This document shows positions 58,097 through 64,000 of a stretch of DNA of 64,000 nt, piece after piece; position 1 is the first letter of the stretch, and every line of letters begins with the position of its first letter. Location of the stretch: positions 352,001 through 416,000 of the forward strand of contig CAWCKJ010000004.1 in assembly GCA_963796105.1 (NCBI GenBank). The letters are read 5' to 3'. Under the pieces are notes generated by a model. It ran no database searches, was not told the DNA's origin, and saw only the letters and a program-made list of their open reading frames with translations. This stretch comes from a candidate division FCPU426 bacterium. Lineage in GTDB: Bacteria > Oederibacteriota > Muellerivitia > Muellerivitales > Muellerivitaceae. The translations under genes were made by a program, and so were the position numbers.

Positions 58097-58453
58097 TCAG
58101 ATTCGAAGAATGGACAACCCTGGGGGAGAAGTATCGAAAACAGGAACGGCTTTAGGAACAACGGCCAGCCTTACCGGAACAACCGCGAAAGCCGACCGGA
58201 TTTGAACCGTTGTCGCGATATTCGGGTTAACGGAACCGGTTTGAACCGCCGATTGGTTCATGGTTTGGCAAGCCAAGCTGTGGGTTTTTTTCGAATGGCA
58301 ACAGCCTATCTTTCCCGTCTTGGAATGGGAACAGCATGCTGGAACCTGGTTTTGAATCATCGGGTTCGCCGAGCAAAGGGGGCAAGGCATTAAAGCCAAC
58401 ACGACCCCTGCCGCAAGGAACGTTCTATATATATGTAAGAAGAATTTGCCCAT
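58097..58453 (-). CDS. Small Cys/His-rich exported protein preceding the cus operon (DUF2946-like)
   Basis: Hydrophobic N-terminus, CPLC, CCSH, CCH, C-terminal TSPP...LRI. Confidence 0.6.
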   Translation of the reverse strand: MGKFFLHIYRTFLAAGVVLALMPCPLCSANPMIQNQVPACCSHSKTGKIGCCHSKKTHSLACQTMNQSAVQTGSVNPNIATTVQIRSAFAVVPVRLAVVPKAVPVFDTSPPGLSILRI

Positions 58454-58565
58454 GCATTAAAGGTACGCCTGGAAGCCCGGTTCCGTCAAGGAGAACCATT
58501 CCCCATCCTCCCATCCCGGCCTCATCGCCTCAGTTGGACAGGCCTATGGTGGTTACCAGAGGTGA

Positions 58566-59177
58566 TTAGTCACCTTTTCCCCGCCGCTGGGCCACCATTG
58601 CGCCGGATGCCCCTCCCAACAGGATCAGGCCCAGCCAGATTAAAAACCTCGTGTTGTCGCTCCCTAGGGACGCGCCGAACTTATCGTTAATGAACCTTCC
58701 CAGGAGAAAACAAAGAAATCCGCCTAAGCCGGAATAAAAGAGGATCCAGAACAGCTCCCCCCAGGAATGGAAGCGCTGGCTGATGCCCAGGATGGGTTGG
58801 AGAACGGGGAAATAAATGAAAGCGAACAAAACTCCCAGGATGATCTCATGGTGGATCAAGGCGTAATAATAAGGGCTTCCGGTCATGAGCAGGATATAGG
58901 CGGCCCAGAAATAAGCCGAGACGCCCAGGCCCCAATTGAGGACAAAACCCAAAGGCCATAGGACGATTCCCAGGAAACCGCCGGTGCCTTTCCATCGGTA
59001 GGCGTATAGAATCGGATATCCAGCCAGCCAAAAGAGATCGCCGTAAAAAAAGTTCTTTTCCCACAGAGCGTCCGCGATGGGATGAAACCGAAGGAGGATA
59101 AAACCAGCGAGAGAAAGCCCTTCGAATACAAGGAATCGAACCACCGACCGGTTTGCTTTGGGATTTTTCCCGGCCAT
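58566..59177 (-). CDS. Hypothetical polytopic membrane protein (paralog of 59191..59820)
   Basis: About 6 hydrophobic segments; shared motifs with the neighbour. Confidence 0.7.
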   Translation of the reverse strand: MAGKNPKANRSVVRFLVFEGLSLAGFILLRFHPIADALWEKNFFYGDLFWLAGYPILYAYRWKGTGGFLGIVLWPLGFVLNWGLGVSAYFWAAYILLMTGSPYYYALIHHEIILGVLFAFIYFPVLQPILGISQRFHSWGELFWILFYSGLGGFLCFLLGRFINDKFGASLGSDNTRFLIWLGLILLGGASGAMVAQRRGKGD

Positions 59178-59190
59178 GAAAACCCTCCCT

Positions 59191-59820
59191 TTAGCCTTTT
59201 CTTGTCTTATTGCTGAACCAAATCACCACCGCGATCCCCAGGAGGATGAAGACCATCCAGATCAGGCAGCGGATCTCATCATTTCCGAAAAACATTCCCC
59301 ACTTGGTGTTGAGGGTGCGGCCCAGCCAATAACCCCCGAAACTGCCGCTGACCGCGTCGGAAATCATTCCAACGGATCTCCAAAAGGTCACGTTGTCCCC
59401 GCCCACACCCCAAAGGTGCTCGACCAGGACAAAATAGACTAGGACGAAAACGGGCCCCAGGAACATGAAATCCTGCTTGAATACAAGATAACAGGAGGCC
59501 AAACCCAGGGCATAACCTGTAACGTAAAGGACGTAAGCCACCCAACAGTAGCAGGAAATCAGCAATACCACCCGTAAGGCGATGCTCAAGGGGGAGATCA
59601 AGAATTTCAACACCAACGGAATCTTTAATTGATTGTAGAAATATAAAACCGGATAGAGGGCCACAAAAACAACCGCGTTTGTCAAAAAGAAGAGAGGGGT
59701 TACTTCGTTCGCGGGAGCGTATTGGAGAATATGAAAGAACCCTACGATCCCTATGATCTCCCACAATATGAACCTCGAAAAAGGCGGGTTCGGATCTAGC
59801 GAGGTCATTTCTTTACTCAA
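59191..59820 (-). CDS. Hypothetical polytopic membrane protein
   Basis: About 6 hydrophobic segments; tight operon spacing. Confidence 0.7.
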   Translation of the reverse strand: MSKEMTSLDPNPPFSRFILWEIIGIVGFFHILQYAPANEVTPLFFLTNAVVFVALYPVLYFYNQLKIPLVLKFLISPLSIALRVVLLISCYCWVAYVLYVTGYALGLASCYLVFKQDFMFLGPVFVLVYFVLVEHLWGVGGDNVTFWRSVGMISDAVSGSFGGYWLGRTLNTKWGMFFGNDEIRCLIWMVFILLGIAVVIWFSNKTRKG

Positions 59821-59821
59821 T

Positions 59822-60220
59822 TTACCCCTCCGGTGATGATGGATTCTTTTCCGTCGCGCAACCGCAAACCTGACAATGGTAAATCATAATCCAATTGCCG
59901 GTTTGTTTGTCATATTTTGAGCTTGGATGGTTGACCCTGGACCCGCACCAGGAACAATGGGCTTTCATCCATTTCAACCTGCTTGTTCCCCAGAGAAGGG
60001 CCAAGCCAGCTCCCAAGGCCAATCCGGTCAATGGGAAGATCATTTTTTCGGACAACCCATAATGCGGCCAAAGGAGATTGGCGCCCATGAGTATGGCTAA
60101 AATCCAAAGAAGGAAAAACCTGGGCCAAGGAACACGTTCCGCCAAGAATAGAATTCGATTTAAGTTTTTTATATTCCGCGTTTTTTTCGCATACACCCTC
60201 TTTGTCCCTCCCCGCCTCAT
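59822..60220 (-). CDS. Hypothetical two-TM protein with C-terminal Zn-ribbon
   Basis: Two TMs, then CSWC...CQVC; start uncertain. Confidence 0.6.
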   Translation of the reverse strand: MRRGGTKRVYAKKTRNIKNLNRILFLAERVPWPRFFLLWILAILMGANLLWPHYGLSEKMIFPLTGLALGAGLALLWGTSRLKWMKAHCSWCGSRVNHPSSKYDKQTGNWIMIYHCQVCGCATEKNPSSPEG

Positions 60221-60508
60221 ACTTTTCCATTCAAGAATTAATCAAGATTAATTGCTTTACAAACTATCAGTGACTCGCGAATTAACATGACATAAATCAT
60301 ATTAATCAGCCCCCCGAATTATTCCTTCATCAAACCCGCGGCCCGATTTTTCAGTTACCCAGTAGAAACCAAATCTCCCGGCTTATAAAAACTTTCCAAA
60401 AACGATCGATTTTTTCCCTTAATTTCAAATGGTTCTTTTAACAAATTATATTTTTATGGTTACCTTTAGTTACCAATATAACAAAAGTAAACTTCGAAAA
60501 CTTGGTTC

Positions 60509-60524
60509 TGTGATCCAAATCACA
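60509..60524. promoter_or_regulatory. CRP/FNR-family binding site
   Basis: TGTGA-TCCAAA-TCACA matches the TGTGA-N6-TCACA consensus, in an AT-rich divergent promoter region. Confidence 0.65.
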
Positions 60525-60652
60525 TAAAACTTCTTATTCTTAATTTAAAAGAAGGTTACAGAAAGGTTAACGGCAGGGGGTTCCCGTGGAATCACTCTCG
60601 GCAAACCGAAACCCTATTGGCCGAAGCCTCAACTTAACTCAAGGAGTCTTTC

Positions 60653-61399
60653 ATGAAACTAAAATGGGCGGTAGCAAGCTTGATTCTTTCCGCGGGGGCA
60701 GTGGGTGTAATCCGGGCGGATTCCACCGGGAATACCCTCGGGAACCAGTTGACCTCCAACAACGTCGTTCCCATTACCGAACGGCCCGCGACGATCGTGG
60801 GGGCCATCCCGGAAATTTCCGCCCCCGAGGGAAACTCCCTGCTCACCCTCCAATCCGGAAGCGCGCTCTACCTGGCGGGGGATTCCACGCTCCATAAATA
60901 TGAAATGGGAGCGAAGTCCCTCCGGGGCTCAGCGGTATTAATGGCATCCTCAAAATCATTGAAAGCCGAAGGCGGCCTTCTCAATGCTCTGAAGGCGGGA
61001 AACGTGAAAACCATGGAACTGGATGTTCCTGTCACCTTCCTCAAATCGAAGGAAAGCGGATTGGATAGCAACGCCTACAAGAGCCTGTTAGCCGCCGGCA
61101 ATCCCCTCATCAAATTCGTCTTGAAGACTGAGTCCGTAACGGAAGGCAAGGACGCGGCTTCTTACTTCATGACCGCCCAGGGCGACTTGTCCGTCGCCGG
61201 CGCTTCTCAGCCCGTCACTTTAAACGCGGAGATCCAGGTCAAGGACGGACAGGTTCGCATCAAGGGCGTGCAGAAATTGAAAATGACCGATTACAAAATC
61301 ACCCCCCCGAAAATCAGCCTGCTGATCGCCTCCATTGTTTGCACGGACGAGATCGAGATCCATTACGACGTGACTTTCGCCCCGTCGGCGAAGGAATAA
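60653..61399 (+). CDS. YceI-like lipid/polyisoprenoid-binding protein
   Basis: GDSTLH, VPV..LKS...GLD, GDLSVAG, KMTDYKITPP; signal peptide; AAGGAG SD. Confidence 0.85.
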   Translation: MKLKWAVASLILSAGAVGVIRADSTGNTLGNQLTSNNVVPITERPATIVGAIPEISAPEGNSLLTLQSGSALYLAGDSTLHKYEMGAKSLRGSAVLMASSKSLKAEGGLLNALKAGNVKTMELDVPVTFLKSKESGLDSNAYKSLLAAGNPLIKFVLKTESVTEGKDAASYFMTAQGDLSVAGASQPVTLNAEIQVKDGQVRIKGVQKLKMTDYKITPPKISLLIASIVCTDEIEIHYDVTFAPSAKE

Positions 61400-61544
61400 A
61401 GGGGAGAGATGATCCGGGTCCTCCCTGAGGACCCGGTTTATTGAAGGAACTTTGGGCCGGTCATAAGGCTGGTGAGAATGAGGACTCCGGGGGAGCCGGA
61501 GGATCCCATGGGACCCAAAGGGCAGCACAAATTAAACGGAGGAG

Positions 61545-62972
61545 TTGGAAATGAAAAATTTTCAGAAAGTCTTGATGGCGGCGGCCTTTCTGCTGAGCTT
61601 CACGCCCAGTTTGAGGGCGGCCGAGTTATTCAAGAACGACGATCTTGATTTGTCGTTTGGGGGCCGGCTCCAACTGACGGGCGACCTGGAATTGGTGACC
61701 ACCGACCTGATAAGAGAGCATGTCCGGGTATTTCTGTGGGATGAGGAGGATAGGCTCTTCACCAGCGGAAACTACCAGGGCTACAAATGGAACTTCGAGG
61801 TGGCCTTCGGCGGGGAAGCCATCAACAGCAGTAACAACCAGTTGAACCTGCTGGACGCCAGTGCGGATATTCCCCTGATCCCCGACATGGTGACGGTAAA
61901 AGTCGGACAGTTCAAGGTGCCGGGAAACCTGGAAAGCGCCGACTATGAGGGCAACCAGCTTTTCACGGAAAAGTCCCCCATCTTCAACCTTTTCTTCAAC
62001 CAGGGTTATGACACCGGAATTGCCCTTTACGGACACCTAGGAAACCTGGAAGGCCAGGCCGGAATGGTGCAAGGCGGGCCGGATGTGATTCAGCGTTATT
62101 TGCCGGAAGTCTTGAACTTTCCCACCCCGATGTTTCTCAGGATCGGGTATGACGAAATCCAGGACGATCCTTTCCACCCCAAGCAAACCGGCTTTGAGAA
62201 ACCCAAGAAAAGCCAGTTCGCCATCCATGCCACCGGTTATTTGGCCGCTGATAGCAACGCGGGCCATAGCGAGGACCTGGGATTGGGCGGCGGATACCTT
62301 TCCACCTTCAACGCCAACAGCCAGTACGGCAACGTGCTGATTTCCTCGGTGTTCAACCCCTACCTTTCGGCGGCGGGAGTCGCGCCGGTCAGCGCCCTTT
62401 ACTACCAGGCCGGGTTGGATTTCCAATACCGTATGCCGGTGGCTGATACCACCTTCACCATGCAGGGGCAGGCCATGATCGGTCACTACAACGCGACCGT
62501 TCCAAACCCGACGAACTACGAGACACCCGTTTCCATCCTGGGCAAGCCTGAGGTCCCCGGAAAGCAATACGCCTTGAACATCGGCGGCGGCGAGTTTATG
62601 GCTTCCATCGGGGACAAGCCCTGGGAATTCGCGGGCCGTTTCGCGGTGGTGATTCCGGATGTGGGAATGGTAGGCACCTACGTCACCCGGCACCCGAATG
62701 GATCGGCGGCAGCCACGCTTTTCGCGCCGGTCTTCATGGATAGCAGTCCGATCTATGAGCTCACATTCCCGTCCATCACCTGGCACATGAACAACGACTG
62801 CAAGCTGGTGGCGGAGACCATGTTCATGATCGACACCCCGGCGGTCAGGAGCGACGACGGAACCTACCTCATCGCGGAAATGCCGGGCTCGGCGAACTCC
62901 GGGATCAATCTTGCCAATTACCGGGACATCCTGGTGCCGGTCGGCCGGATGATGTTCCAGTTCCAGTTTTAA
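61545..62972 (+). CDS. Outer-membrane porin (OprO/P-like fold)
   Basis: Signal peptide, FGGRLQ, LLDA..D, KVGQFKVP, C-terminal MFQFQF. The real start may be ATG 61551. Confidence 0.7.
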   Translation: MEMKNFQKVLMAAAFLLSFTPSLRAAELFKNDDLDLSFGGRLQLTGDLELVTTDLIREHVRVFLWDEEDRLFTSGNYQGYKWNFEVAFGGEAINSSNNQLNLLDASADIPLIPDMVTVKVGQFKVPGNLESADYEGNQLFTEKSPIFNLFFNQGYDTGIALYGHLGNLEGQAGMVQGGPDVIQRYLPEVLNFPTPMFLRIGYDEIQDDPFHPKQTGFEKPKKSQFAIHATGYLAADSNAGHSEDLGLGGGYLSTFNANSQYGNVLISSVFNPYLSAAGVAPVSALYYQAGLDFQYRMPVADTTFTMQGQAMIGHYNATVPNPTNYETPVSILGKPEVPGKQYALNIGGGEFMASIGDKPWEFAGRFAVVIPDVGMVGTYVTRHPNGSAAATLFAPVFMDSSPIYELTFPSITWHMNNDCKLVAETMFMIDTPAVRSDDGTYLIAEMPGSANSGINLANYRDILVPVGRMMFQFQF

Positions 62973-63161
62973 CAGGCTGCCAAAAGTGGGAATGGGCCCA
63001 CAAAGCAGCCTGTGACCCCAAAGATTCCGCAGTCTTTGGTTTGCGGGTACATAGGGGCTCTTCCCTATGAGCGCTGTTGAATCGTGGGGTTACCATAAAA
63101 GTTGTCAGCTGAAAAAGTTCCCTCAGGGACTTTTTCAGCCAATAGTTAAGTAAAGAAGAGG

Positions 63162-63833
63162 TTGCCCATGGGGATAAAATTCAGCTTTAAACTTCTCCTC
63201 AGGGCTTTATTGGCAGCAGCCTGCGCCGCGGTTCTCTCCCGGGGCGTAGGCTACTCTGCCGATGATATCTCCATGGCTTTTAACGAAAGCTGGGGGCATT
63301 ACTCGGTGGAAGCGTCATTTTTCACTGACGCGGAAAACAAGACCGTCTGGGACGTCTTGACGGACTATGACCATATTCCCCAATTCGTCCATAGCATGAA
63401 GATCAGCAAGGTTGAGGGCGGCGGCAGGGGCAATTATGTCCTTCGCCAGGAAGGCGAGGGAGGGTTCCTTTTCTTCTCCAAAAGGGTCCATCTCCTGCTG
63501 GATGTCCACGAAACACCCTATCAATCCATATTCTTCACGGATAACAGTCATACCGATTTCAACTTTTACCAGGGTAATTGGAATATTGTTCCGGCCACTT
63601 CGGGACATGGTTTGGAGGTCATTTATACCCTGGACGCCAAGCAGAATTTCTCGGCTCCGGCATTTATTTCCACTGGTATTGTCCAGGGGAACGTGAAGGA
63701 CCTGCTGGAGTCCCTTCAGAAGGAAATCGCGAAACGCCAAATTTCAGCGGACGCCGAAAAGCTGAGGGAGAAAACCGCCACCTTGAAATTCGCCTCAAAA
63801 CCAAAACCCGCCTCGACTTCCGAGATTCATTAA
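63162..63833 (+). CDS. SRPBCC/polyketide cyclase-family ligand-binding protein, with signal peptide
   Basis: VWDVLTDYDHIPQFV, DFNFYQGNW. Confidence 0.82.
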   Translation: MPMGIKFSFKLLLRALLAAACAAVLSRGVGYSADDISMAFNESWGHYSVEASFFTDAENKTVWDVLTDYDHIPQFVHSMKISKVEGGGRGNYVLRQEGEGGFLFFSKRVHLLLDVHETPYQSIFFTDNSHTDFNFYQGNWNIVPATSGHGLEVIYTLDAKQNFSAPAFISTGIVQGNVKDLLESLQKEIAKRQISADAEKLREKTATLKFASKPKPASTSEIH

Positions 63834-64000
63834 TCAATACCTGATTTTCTAATCCCGCTGAATTTCCCGGTTTCAAAACATTAAACCGGGCTTTTTCATT
63901 TTATTTACCTCGTCTTCGGCTTTTCAAAGCTTGAGGGGCCTTCCCTCCCGTCCCAGCCTCCCTTAGTTTTCCCTCCGGCGTTTTCTTCATGAGGCTCCAT

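Noticed and set aside
60570..60640. c-di-GMP-I riboswitch (GGCAAACC...GAAA)
   Set aside because: Lacks the paired stem and the GGxCGCAAAG continuation; a similar partial match near 12428 also fails.
63901..64000. 3' end of a minus-strand gene at the window edge
   Set aside because: Two frames are open over only ~100 bp; the frame and product cannot be determined.

Overview
64-kb chromosomal window from a diderm bacterium (autotransporters, TolC, OmpA, porins), with almost all genes on the minus strand. Left part: a probable carbohydrate-uptake region with three tandem paralogous SLH-like/Pro-rich/coiled-coil/beta-barrel proteins, two CBM-like proteins, LacI, a secreted glycoside hydrolase, and an intact RlmD-type RNA methyltransferase fused through a transmembrane helix to a glycoside-hydrolase-like domain. 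Middle: a DPSL-mntH-USP cluster, two paralogous Gly-rich autotransporters (about 1570 aa and 4660 aa, the latter with a 1257-bp internal near-triplication) and a Sel1-OmpA gene. Two intergenic regions (18.5 kb and 26.7-27.5 kb) carry the same non-coding ~22-bp-phased array, whose 11-12-bp core switches in blocks; the second also holds a G-tract-rich 53-bp tandem repeat. Right part: suhB-like gene, SAM hydrolase (probable ATT start), HDAC, PilZ, ferredoxin, twin pilins, a cus-type efflux operon whose CusB appears to lack the lipoyl/hairpin region, orphan membrane proteins and a YceI-porin-SRPBCC cluster with a CRP/FNR-like site. I found no rRNA, tRNA, CRISPR array or transposase. All calls are by eye; no searches were run.
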